Source of the DNA: Takakia lepidozioides
Lineage: Eukaryota; Plantae; Bryophyta
DNA length: 64,000 nt
Direction of reading: 5' to 3'
NCBI GenBank assembly: GCA_030704615.1
Contig: CM060734.1
Span: 9,734,001-9,798,000 of the forward strand
Positions 24,780 to 36,245 of this stretch are shown here, piece after piece. The notes below the pieces were generated by a model. The model was not told the DNA's origin. It worked only from the letters and a program-made list of their open reading frames with translations, and searched no databases. The position numbers and the translations under genes were made by a program. Each line of letters starts with the position of its first letter. Within the stretch, counting starts at the first letter, position 1.

Positions 24780-26400
24780 GTCTACCCTCTTTCACCATGA
24801 CTTAGCCTGTTTGACAGCTGATGTATATGATAATTATATACAGCGGCTAAGGCAATAAGGACGCGTAGAGAAGTGATTTTGACCACAGGAGAGAAAGTAT
24901 CGCCGTAATTTAATCCTTCTACTTGAGTAAACCCCCTTGCCACAAGGCGGGCCTTGTATTTGGCAAGTGTTCCGTTAGCATTAAATTTACGCTTGAAAAG
25001 CCATTTGTAGCTAGCCATAGACCTATTTGGAGGCAAATCCTCTAATCTCTAGGTATGGTGTAGCATTAAGGACTTATATTCAGAGTCTAATGCAACTTGC
25101 CATTGGGCAACATCTGGCTTGGTGATAGCATCAACTATGGATATTGGTTCATCAACATGAGACATAAGGGCCTGCGCAAAGGCATTATGTCTTGAAGTTA
25201 TATCTCGATATTTAGTGGAAAGAAATTGACCTTTAGTTGACCGATGTCCTAAGAGTTGGACCGGAACTAGCGGGAGGAAGGGAATTATCACTATCTGGTT
25301 TGTGATAATAAATATCATCAAGATCATCTATAAGATTAGCTTGAGAAAGCGATATGAAGTCACCAATGGCAGATGAGCAAGACGGTGTTGCTAGTGGAAT
25401 TGTAGGCGTAGATGGGCGTGCAAGATGTGATAACGTCTGTTGAATAGGTTGAGGAGGTGGAGCCTGTTGGCCACCACCCACATTATGAGTTAAGGTTGGA
25501 TATTCATCATAGAAGTAGGTCAACAGAAACTTTGAGATGACTTAGGTTGGGCTTCTTACCCTTCCGGCATTCGTATGGAGTTTCCCCCTGAAGTGTAGAG
25601 CTATGAGATCTGTTTTGCAAATAACATGTCGTAGCAATTGCCTCACCCCAAAAGGATTTGGGCAATTTTGCTTACTCGAGCATCCTTCGGGCAGCTTTTA
25701 TCAAGGTTATATTTTTTCATTCAGAGACTCCATTTTGTTGGGATGTGTAAGAGTTGGTAAATTGCCTGGCAATGCCATGCACCTCACAGAAGGTATTGAA
25801 CTCACTAGAAATAAATTCCCCACCATTATCAGACCTAGGGGTTTCCGTCCAATCTGATTTTCAACTAAAGCCTTGCAGGCTTTAAATTTGTCAAACACAT
25901 CTGATTTATTTCGAAGGAAATAAACAATCGGAGAATAGTGATCGATGAAGAGTGCAAAGTATCTTGCACCTCCAAGGGATTGTGACTGCATTGGGCCACA
26001 TATGTCTGTATGAACTAGCTCCAATAACGTGTGGTTTTGGAACTTGACTCGGTAGAAAAATTGGTCAAATGATGTTTAAATGATCACCGAAAAATTCGAT
26101 ACTACCGAGTCCATGACTAGTAGCTTTGCTTACAGAGAGGAGATTTTTGGTCAATCCAGGCACGTGCATGACATTATTGACAAAAGCAATCTGGCATGTA
26201 GGCAATTGTATTGAAACAGAGCCTGCATCCACAACCTTGTGTTGCGTAAAATCTCCCATATAAACTGTAATGGGAGATGACATAGGCTTGTATGACTGAA
26301 ACCAGTCTTTCCTATAGGTCATGTTGTGGGTTGCTCCTGTATCAAGATACCAAATATCTTGAAATTTTTGGTTGGGTGTTTCCATCTCATTTCTACCTGT
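24780..26400 (-). mobile_element. Degenerate Ty1/copia pol (protease, integrase, N-terminal RT)
   Basis: WYLDTGATHNMT, ELVHTDICGPMQSQSLGGARYF, KWLFKRK...KYKARLVARGFTQVEGLNYGDTFSPV, in copia order. Confidence 0.93.
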
Positions 26401-26737
26401 CATTAGGTCCATCCACACCATAGTATCTCCCTCACCCAGCTCTCTCCCCTGCACACTCTCACGTATGTCTAGCAAACGTTCTGGCAATATATAGAAACCA
26501 ACAGGCAGCATTCAAAAGCAACTCCGCTTCAAAGGAAAGGGCTCGCGCAGCAAGCGCTCCCACACCAACACTCTTCTGGCGCAAAGTATCTCTGCTGAGA
26601 TGCAAATCACAATGGACGGCAATGCAGAAATGATCCAACACATTGAAGGCGAGGCGGACGTCAGTGACATGCACCTCTCAGATGAACAATTTTTTGCCTC
26701 GCCCCATGCATATCAAACACGATCTGCGCAAAAGCTT

Positions 26738-26918
26738 GCCGACCACTGCAATGGCCATAATGAAATTAGACCCCACTATGTAAGAAGACCCCATGGCTTC
26801 AATGAATAGGTAGGATTGTAAACCGCCGACCACTGCAATGGCCATGATGAAATTAGACCCCACTATGTAAGAAGACCCCATGGCTTCAATGAATAGGTAG
26901 GATTGTAAACCGCCGACC
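26738..26918. repeat. 87-bp tandem duplication
   Basis: GCCGACCACTGCAATGGCCAT at 26738 and 26825; partial third start at 26912. Confidence 0.95.
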
Positions 26919-26979
26919 TATACTGCATATTGCATACAAGACGACAAAGAATCCATCATCTTTAAAGGCCTTCAATACA

Positions 26980-28290
26980 TAGCAGAAATGGTGTGCTTCG
27001 AAGCACACCGTTTCTGCCCCATCCAAAAGGCTTTTTTTTAGGTTTCTTCAGACAGCAACAGAAAGCATGGAGGGTAATTGAAAGGGATTACATACATAGC
27101 AGAAATGGGGTGTTTTGAAGCACACCGTTTTTGCCCCACCCAAAAGGCTGTTTTTGAGGTATCTTCAGACAGCAATAGAAAGCATGGAGGGACGTACTTG
27201 AATTAGATTGAATACATAGCAGAATTGGTGTGCTTCAAAGCAATTGGAAATGGAGTCAGGCAGGATGGTGTGCGGCGCCGCACACCGTTTTTCCAACCAA
27301 CCACACCACACCACTTTCCTATATTGTTGTGAACCCCAATCAGCAACCCCCATCACCTGCGCGGCCTTGCTTTCGTAGTATGCATCCTTCACATCTTCCT
27401 CCATGTCCTCCGTCTGGACCTCCTCTGTCTCTACAGGTGGGTTCTCGACAACCACTCTGTGCATCTTCCCCTGCAATGTTTCGACAGACGGGTTAATATC
27501 CGAACTGCAGAGATGGTGTGCGGTGCCGCACACCACTTTCCTACATTGTTGTGAACCCCAAACAGCAACCTCCATTCCTACCCTTCCAATACACATTCAG
27601 AGGGAGCTTCAACGGTGTGCAGCGCCGCAGACTGTTTGTGCATTCTTCTCTACTCCCTTCAACACTCCATGGAACCTTCTCCATGAGCTTGATGAGGTCC
27701 CGAATTCGGTGTTTTTCAAGGGGCAGAAAGGGTGTACGGCGCCGCACACCGTTTTCCCAACCAACTAGGGGGAAAAGACATTTTTTTATTTTTTTCCCTG
27801 GTTGGTTGGAAAATGGGTGTGCGGCGCCGCACACCCTTTTTCCAACCAACTAGGGGAATTTTTTTTTTTATAAGTTTATTATTATTATTATTTTTTCTTT
27901 GGTTGGTTGGAAAAAGGGTGTGCGGCACCGCACACCCTTTCTGCCCATTGAAAAACACCTTTTTCACACCCTTTTTCATTGTCCAGAAAAGGTGTGCGGC
28001 GCCGCACACCCTTTTTCTAACCAACCAGGGGGGATTTTTATTTTATTTTATTTTATTTTAAAAACAATTCCCTTGTTGGTTGGAAAATGGGTGTGCGGCG
28101 TCGCACACCCTTTCTGCCCATTGAAAAAGGTGTTTTTCAATGGGCAGAAAGGGTGCCCTTTTCCCAACCAACTAGGGGGAATTGTTTTTTTAAAAGTTTT
28201 TTTTTTTTTTTTTTTTTTTTCCACTGGTTGGTTGGAAAATGGGTGTGCGGTGCCACACACCATTTTCCCAATCAACCAGGGGGGAAGTTT
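26980..28290. repeat. Foldback array of GGTGTGCGGCGCCGCACACC palindromes (~9), preceded by three GGTGTGCTTCGAAGCACACC-type units
   Basis: Copies at ~27267, 27514, 27613, 27731, 27816, 27917, 27991, 28090, 28242, nested within TTCCAACCAAC / GTTGGTTGGAA inverted repeats. Confidence 0.92.
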
Positions 28291-28819
28291 TTTGTAAAAC
28301 AAGGTAACGAACTCCTGACACTTAAAATGGCATGTGTGATTTCATTGGTGGCAGTTGTGCTCTCTGATTGACATGCACCTTCCTGAATAGTTTGTAGACA
28401 AACTAGTCTTCCATTGATAGACTCCTGCAAGCTAAAGCAAGGGATAAAAGTGGCCTAACTAAGCACTTTGCACATTTTATGGGCAATGCTGAGCATAGTA
28501 CCTGGACTACGGAGAGTCAAGTTCTTAACAAGACTAGCAAGTCTATAAGATTCTCCAGCTCACAGGAATTAGTTTCCAGAGTTATAAGCTTGGTGTACAT
28601 TTCTTCAAGCATAGCCCCATACTACTACAGTTCTTGGGATGTTCAATTTGTAGGGATCGCTAACAAAAAAGTAGCGTTCTTGCATGGTACCCGGAGCTCC
28701 ATGACGAGCGGTTATAGGTGCCATCCGCTAAAAGGTACAGTACCTTCAAAAAACCCTAAACCAGCCACCGCTCTATGCTCACGTGAGCACTGCTCATGAT
28801 CTAGCAACCCTTAGGTTTT

Positions 28820-29190
28820 TGGTTCTATCAACGACTCCCTGGGGGTCGCTTCCAGTTTAAATAATATTTTATTGGGATTTCAAATAAACTCGACGCTTTT
28901 TACTAGCGACCCAGAGGGGGTCGCTTAAGGGTTTTTTTCCCCTAAATTTTTTTGGGTTCTATCAGCGACGCCCTGGGGGTCGCTTTCAGTTTAATCAATA
29001 TTTTACTGGGGTTTCAAACAAACCCGACGTTTTTTACAAGCGACGCAGAGGGGGCCGCTTACGGTTATTTGTCCTACAAATTTTTTTTCGTTCTATCACT
29101 GACACCCTGGGGGTCGCTTCCAGTTTAAACAATATTTTACTGGGTTTTCAAATAAACCTGACGCTTTTACCAGCGATCCATAGGGGGTCG
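28820..29190 (+). repeat. Three ~135-bp units, each with two AGCGAC(C)..GGGGTCGCT hairpins; resembles CACTA/En-Spm subterminal repeats
   Basis: Repeats seen directly. The CACTA assignment is by resemblance only. Confidence 0.8.
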
Positions 29191-30329
29191 CCTTCACTGC
29201 AACATGGAGACAGATTGTTTCCTACAATGACAGAAATGAAACATATTTAGTTTCAAGGATGGACATAAAGACTAGTTCTGTTTGAGGAATGGAGTGCACA
29301 CACTTGAAAGACGAAAATGAAGATATTTTTTATGTCCACAGGAGGTCCCGCATGATGATGTACTCATCAGATGACGTTTTCTGTAGCCTGGTGGTGACGA
29401 GAGGAGGTAGACAAAAGGAAAGATGACACATTACACATGCCATTTTTCCCTGTGTGCATGCTTGCATTTTCAAACCTGATGGTTGGTTTGAATACTAGAT
29501 AGTCGACGGGGAAGGGAAGTGAGCAGATTGGGTGCCACTACAGTTGGGAAGATTAGTTTCCGTTGTGGGAGTGATGTATGCAGCCGGTTCTCCCCTCCAG
29601 ATTTGCTTTAGTGAGCTCATGGCAACAATTTGATGTAGGTATTCCCTTCAGAACTCAAACCTAAGGATTGTCATAGTTTTGGCTTGGTCTCGAGCTTCAT
29701 TACTTCCACATGCCGGACAATGGATTCCCTTTTTTCAAGCTGGGTTTACGTACAAAAAAAAGTAGCTACTCTTAGTATGAGCTTAGTAGGGGAGCACTTC
29801 AGGTAGTTCTTCAATCCCAGCTGTACATCTAACTACTGTGAAGATCTGAGCTGGGTTTTGGCCCAGTTCAATTCTTCCCTTCTCTGGCGTGACTTGGCCT
29901 ATTTGACAGGTCTGTTTTGCTTCAAGAATCAGAGTCAATGATCTTGGTGTACCTTACATCTTTGGATCATTGCCTCTTGAAATCAATTGGAGCACGCTGA
30001 TTCCAGTCTTACCCCAACTGTTCTGGATAAGCTGGGATATGAGGGTTGGTTAATTAGTCCAGCATGAGCCACTTCTCTATCCATGTCTAATAGTTTAGAT
30101 TTGATGGCATTTACCATCAAGCAACTCTGAGTGAATGGTCAATCACCGTCTCAGGCTTCTTTTACTAGAAGACATAAATGGGGTTGGTACCGGCTTTGTG
30201 TTGGGAAACAGGAATTTGGAGAGCAACCGTTGTTCTGGGACGAGAAGGCTGTCATATTTTATTTTTCAAGCAACAGGTGGGGGGGTAACTCACAGGTGGG
30301 AAGAGGATCAGTCATGAGCATATGAGGCT

Positions 30330-33300
30330 GAACAAGAACAGGTTATAGTGGCTCTGGTGGCGAATCTGAGAATTGGCCTTGGGAATATGAGCTTCCATGG
30401 TGCGGAAGAGTAAAAGATCAAGCGAGAGGGCTGATTTGGCTTTGGGACAAATCAGTGCACTTGATGGAGTATGTTGAGATTGGGTTTCAATCTCGAGCTT
30501 CAGCATTGAGAGGGCTCTTGCCATGGCAAGAAGGGGGCTGGAACAGGAGCTAAGAGGTGCGGCAAGGCCATGGAATGTGCACCTAGGGTTTCAAAGCTTG
30601 GAAGAGAAGCTCATGCATCACAAAAGGAGTGTCTTGTGGCTGGAAATATAGACCTTAGGGTTTCATGAGCTTGGCAAAGGCTATAGGGTGCTTAGTCTTG
30701 TTTTAGAGAGCATCAAGGAGCTAAGGAGCCAAGCTAGGGGGCTGATACCTCTTGTGTGAAGGGGTTGCATGTGTGGAGCATGCATTCACCCCATTGAAGC
30801 TTCCATCTTCAAGCTTGGAGGGCAAGCAAGAAGGAGGGAATGGCTGATTTCTCTTATGTGGGAGTAGTGCTTGTGTTGAGCATGTATTCAGCCTAGTTAG
30901 GCCTCCACCTTTAAGCTATGGAGAGCTAGAAAGGAAGGTAAGGGGCTGATTTGCTCTTAGGTGACAGTCCGGCACTTGTAGAGCGTGTTTTGAGTTGGGG
31001 TTTCACCTTCAAGCCTAGATAGAGCATGGCTCTTGAAGGGACAGGTGTAGGGGACTGGAATAGGCTCTATGTTATGGCCAAGGAGAGCGCATGAATTAGT
31101 GCTTACAAGGGCTGGAAACTAGCAAGCCATGGTTGCTTATCACGGTCTTGAGTGGCGTGTTCGGGGAGTTTAAGTGAGAAAGAGGGCTTGGATTGTGGCA
31201 AGCATCTGCCTCATGACTTAGAGCTACTATTGGTGGTGTGTGGGAGCCGAAAAGAGCAAGAAGACATTGCACATTTCTTCACAGCTACCATAGCTCGTTG
31301 CAAGAGAGCTCAAGGTTCAAGAACACAAACCCTAGCTTGGCGTGGCTAAACCCCTTGGAGAAATGGCTAAACTGCCATGAGCGGCCATGGATAGGGTTGT
31401 GACGGGCTGTGACAGGCTGTGGCCTTTGGGGCTATGACGGGCTGTGACGGGCTGTGACCCTGTGACCTGTGTAGGGCTGTAACAGGCTTTGACCTGTGGC
31501 CTGTAGGGCTGTGACAGGCTGTGACCCTGTGACCTGTGACGGGCTGTGACCTGTGGGGCTGTGATGGCTGTGGCCTGTGTGGGGCTGTGACGGCTGTGAC
31601 ATGTGATCTGTGTGGGCCTGTGCTGGTCTGTGGTGGCCTGTGTTGACTTGTGGACGGCCTGTGCTGACCTGTGGAGGCACTGGTGGACTGCCTGAGCCCT
31701 GAGGACTAGCATGTGGTCTTGAAGGCCAAATTTCGAAGCTCGTGGAGGGCGGTTTGAGGAGTATCTTCATGATATTCCCATGGTCATGCAAGTGAGGGAA
31801 AAGAGAAGAGGAAGAGTGTTGGGATGAGGGCATGCTGGGGTTAGGCATTACTTTAGCTTCTATTCCTCGTAGTTTTCCACCCTCTCATTAGGCCAAGACT
31901 TTTCCGTAGGTGGAGGCAAGAGTCAGTCCGGGTTTGGGCTGGGGTGTCATTGCAGGAGCGACACCGTGGAGTTGTTTTTGGTATGGGGGAGTTGTCGTTC
32001 TGATTTATTGTGTTTGAATCCCCTCCACACCTGCATGCTTGACTGTGCGCCATGTTAGTTTTGTGTGGGCGCTTGTTTTTATAGGTGATTGGTCCGGATT
32101 TGATCACCAGCCAGTCCTAGAGCGTGTTGTCGATGGTGAGGCTGGGGTGATGACCAGTCAGACCATCATTGTTTCTTTTGTGGTGAGGTTGGAGATGATG
32201 ACCAGCCAACCATAGGAGTGCTTGCGGTGGATGCAGGTGCAGGTATAGGCTATGTTATGAACCTAGTATTCCAAACCATAAGCCACAGAAGGTTCTCTTC
32301 CCGGTTACCTTGTGGAAAGTGGGTTAGGGATATATTCATGACCGGTTGAGTGTCAGTTTGTCAATACGGAGGTGCCACTAGTTGTTGGGGAGAGTGCCGG
32401 TTCGAGCACTAGCGATACTAGTGGGTACACGAGACGAGGTGTGCAGTTTAGGCCACCTTCACCTCATGTGTCTTCCAAGGAAGGTTATGATTCAGACTCT
32501 TAATCAAGAGGGTTCACGCCGACGGTGCAAGTTACTTCCTTGCCATTGCTGTGGGATACAATGGAGGAGATGTATAGAGCTACCAAGGGGCCACGTAGGT
32601 ACTCTGGAGCAGTGGGCACCATTGAGCTGGATGATTTTATCCAAGAGTTTGATGGTGATTTGTAGCAAATGCGCAATCCACAACTATTTACGCCTTTCAT
32701 GGCATGGAAGGGGCCGTTTCAGCACCTTGAGGGGCCGCCCATGGATGATTACCATGAGTTCAGGCGGGGGCATGAGGTTGAGATCGAGGAGTGGAGGATG
32801 TACTGGTTACCCGACTATGTCTCCATCACTAGGGGCACTAGAGCCATGAGGGCAGTGGCTACACCTGCAGCTGCAACAGCAGCTTCAACAAACAGCAGTG
32901 GGACTAGTGAGACTAGTAGTACCGTAGCTACGACGTCCACCCAAGCCACACCAGTACCCGTGCCTGCCTTCAACCCTGTTGTGGAGTTCTTCGAAGAGTT
33001 GAGAGGGAACTACCAAGGGGTGAGGACAGAGAAGTTGCGGAGCTTATAAGAGTTCCAACGGAAGCCTACTGAGAGCTTGAGGGAGGCTTTCACTGGCATG
33101 AGGCGCTTGATAAATGTAACCCAAGGGGTTACGGAAGCTCAGGCAGTCCAATTCTGGTATGGGATATTGGACAAGGAGCTGAGGAGAAGGGTGTGGGATG
33201 CAACTCTCCTACAAGCGGCCCAACCCACCTTAGCAAATGTGTTTTTGCTGGCAGAGTGAATAGAGCTGAACATGGTGGAGGAACGAGTAGTCATGGTGGG

Positions 33301-33490
33301 ATTTGCTAAGGAGACACCACGGGGTAGTGGTGCTCCTAGCCAACCACTACCCCAACGTGCTCAAGGCAATAAAGGGGCTCATGTGAAGGCCAGGGAATAA
33401 CAGATAGGACCTCAGATGCAGGGGTCTCTCCCTTCATTTGCAGGCCAACAACGGGCGGAGGTGGTGTGTTGGACATGTGGAGGACACGGA
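30330..33490 (+). mobile_element. Ty3/gypsy remnant: LTR/UTR-like region with GGCTGTGAC tandem repeats (31395-31690) and decayed gag (~32560-33490)
   Basis: LDDFIQEFD, FFEELRGNYQG..EKLRSL*EFQRKPTESLREAF..MRRL, AVQFWYGILDKELRRRV, truncated Zn knuckle CWTCGGHG. Left boundary uncertain. Confidence 0.75.
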
Positions 33491-33587
33491 TGATAGACAT
33501 AAGTTGGAGCTTGATGATGAAGATGACCCTCCTGATGACATCATGTAGTACCCACGCTGTACATTGTTACAAGGAGAATATGACAAC

Positions 33588-33965
33588 TACTTTGAAACCA
33601 AATTGACCAACCAAGATCAGGACATCTCCCACCATGATGTACAACAATTTGCATCTGCTAATCCTATCATATTGGCCTGTAATCTGGTGTGAAGCTAGTT
33701 GTGTTTTCGTTGTTACGGCCCCTTTGCTGCGTTGAAACATTCTCGTTGGATATCTGAAGGTCATTTTATCTTGTGTGTGCTTGTACATGTTTGTATATCA
33801 GTCGGTGGGGATCCAGAGGCCCCCGTGCCGAATTTTTTTTTCCAAAGACATAATGAACAAACTCCGTACGTAGTACTTACGGGGTCAAAGAATTCAGGGG
33901 AAAGCATGGCACCTATGATAGGGAGAAGAGCATATTTGTTAGCGGACCACTCAATTTCAACGACC
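33588..33965 (+). repeat. ~370-bp direct repeat; copies at 39100-39460 and partially at 38825-38985
   Basis: Shared AAACCAAATTGACCAACCAAGAT...GAGGCCCCCGTGC...TAGCGGACCACTCAATTTCAACG. Confidence 0.92.
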
Positions 33966-34119
33966 AAGTGTTTCCAGTGTTCCTCGATGACGAACATGCG
34001 CCTTCCTTCAAATGACGATCTCCAGGCCTTGACACCAAGCCACATTGACAACCACAAAAACCGCATTGACTAACCCAAAAGAAGGGTCCTGCTCATCATT
34101 GAGGAATACTAGAAACACA

Positions 34120-35990
34120 GTCCTTGGGGGCCGAGATGGGTGCATATGGCTGCCAAATTTCATCCCCGGATGGAAATATGGTGCCGAATTTCCATCCGGA
34201 GGGCCAGGGAAGAAGTCGTGTGGGGCCGATATGGTTCTAGTTGGCTGCCAAAGTTCATCCGCCCGATGGAAATTCGGCGCCGTATTTCCATCCTAGGGGC
34301 CAAGGATGAAGTCCTGGTGGGCCGAGATGGGTCCACATGGATGCCAGAGTTCATCCCTCCGATGGAAATTCGGCGCCGTATTTCCATCCTAGGGGCTAGG
34401 GATGAAGTCCTGGTGGGCCGAGATGGGTCCACATGGCTGACAGCGTTCATCCCCCGGATGGAAATTCGGCGCCGTATTTCCATCCTAGGGGCCGGGGATG
34501 AAATCCTGGTGGGCCGAGATGGGTCCACATGGCTGACAGGATTTCTGGCAGCCATGAGGCCTTGGATGGAAATTCGGCGCCATATTTCCATCCGGGGCAT
34601 GATTTCTGGCAGCCACGTTCCAGCCTCGGGTGGAAATATGGCGCCATGTTTCCATCCGGGGCATGATTTCTAGCAGCCGAGTGCAGGCCTCGGATGGAAA
34701 TTCGGCGCCATATTTCCATCCAGGGCATGATTTCTGGCAGCCACGTTCCAGCCTCGGATGGAAATATGGCGCCATATTTCCATCCGGGGCATGATTTATG
34801 GCAGCCGCGTGCAGGCCTTGGATGGAATTCGGCGCCATATTTCCATCCGGTGATTTCTGGCAGTCACGTGGAGGCCTCGGATGGAAATATGGTGCCATAT
34901 TTCCATCCGGGGATGATTTTTGGCAGCCACGTGGAGGCCCGGGATGGAAATTCGGCATCATATTTCCATCCGGGGATGATTTTTGGCAGCCACATGGAGG
35001 CCTCGGATGGAAATTCGGCGCCATATTTCCATCCGGGGGATGATTTTTGGCAGCCACGTGGAGGCCCGGGATGGAAATTCGGCACCATATTTTCATCCGG
35101 GGGATGATTTCTGCCAGGCACGTGGAGGCCTCGGATGGAAATTTGGCGCCATATTCCCATCCGGGGGATGATTTTTGGCAGCCACGTGGAGGCCTCTGCC
35201 CCCGAGAGGACTTCATCCAACCCCCCCGGATGGAAATTCGGCGTCATATTTCTGCCTGAGCTTCCGTAACCCCTTGGGTTACATTTATCAAGCGCCTCAT
35301 GCGAGTGAAAGCCTCCCTCAAGCTCTAAGTAGGCTTCCGTTGGAACTCTTGCAAGCTCCGCAACTTCTCTGTCATCACCCCTTGGTAGTTCCCTCTCAAC
35401 TCTTCGAAGAACTCCACAACAGGGTTGAAGGCAAGCACGGGTACTGGTGCTGGTGCGGTAGTGGCTTGGGTGGACGTTGTAGCTACGGTACCACCAGTCC
35501 CACTAGTCCCACTGCTGCTTGTTGAAGCTGCCGGTACAGCGGCAGGTGTAGCCACTGCCCTCGTGGCTCTAGTGCCCCTAGTGATGGAGACATAGTCGGG
35601 TGACCAGTACATCCTCCACTCCTCGATCTCAACCTCATGCCCCCGCCTGAACTCATGGTAATCAGCCATAGGCGGCCCCTCAAGGTGCTGAAACAGCCCC
35701 TTCCATGCCATGAAAGGCGTGAATAGTTGTGGATTGCGCATTTGCTGCAAATCACACCAACTATCAAACTCTTGGATAAAATCATCCAAGGATTCTGGCA
35801 TCCACGTGCAGGCCTCTGCCCCCGAGACGACTTCATCCAACCCCTCTCGGATGGAAATTCGGCGCCAAATTTCCATCCGGGGGATGGATTCTGGTAGCCA
35901 CGTGGAGCCCTCTTCCCCCGAGACGACTTCATCCAACCCCTGTCGGATGGAAATTTGGTGCCATATTACCATCCGGGGGATGGATTCCGG
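34120..35990. repeat. Left array of the 30-bp palindrome GGATGGAAATWYGGCGCCRWATTTCCATCC (~17 copies; periods ~95 and ~64 bp)
   Basis: Direct inspection. Linkers are related to each other and switch polarity near 34540. Confidence 0.95.
35252..35788 (-). mobile_element. Gypsy gag segment inserted in the palindrome array, antisense to 32628-33146
   Basis: LDDFIQEFDSWCDLQQMRNPQLFTPFMAWKG...EFFEELRGNYQGV.TEKLRSLQEFQRKPT, nearly identical to the + strand gag. Confidence 0.95.
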
Positions 35991-36245
35991 CCGCCACACT
36001 CTCCCGAGACACGCTTTTATGGAGCTGACCACGAAGTAAATGCTGCGAGTCATTCCCGGGTACGGGCATATTAAATGTTGCTTCTTTCTTTGCCACTTGT
36101 CCAAATTACCACCTACACCCACTGCGTTCAAATCTGGGAAGCAGGTCAAGCTCATCTCGTCCGCTCCTCCCACTTCGTCTCCTCCCATACTCCTAGGATA
36201 GTTGGTCTGCTTCCCGGCCTCTTGCTTGGCTTCAGTCACAAAGCG

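Noticed and set aside
28300-30130. Coding-like minus-strand fragments
   Set aside because: Short, stop-ridden and unrecognised; insufficient support.
34045-35260. Many overlapping ORFs with MEIRRRISI / DGNMAPYFHP repeats (also 39452-40227 and 27500-28370)
   Set aside because: Translations of palindromic tandem repeats, open in several frames on both strands.
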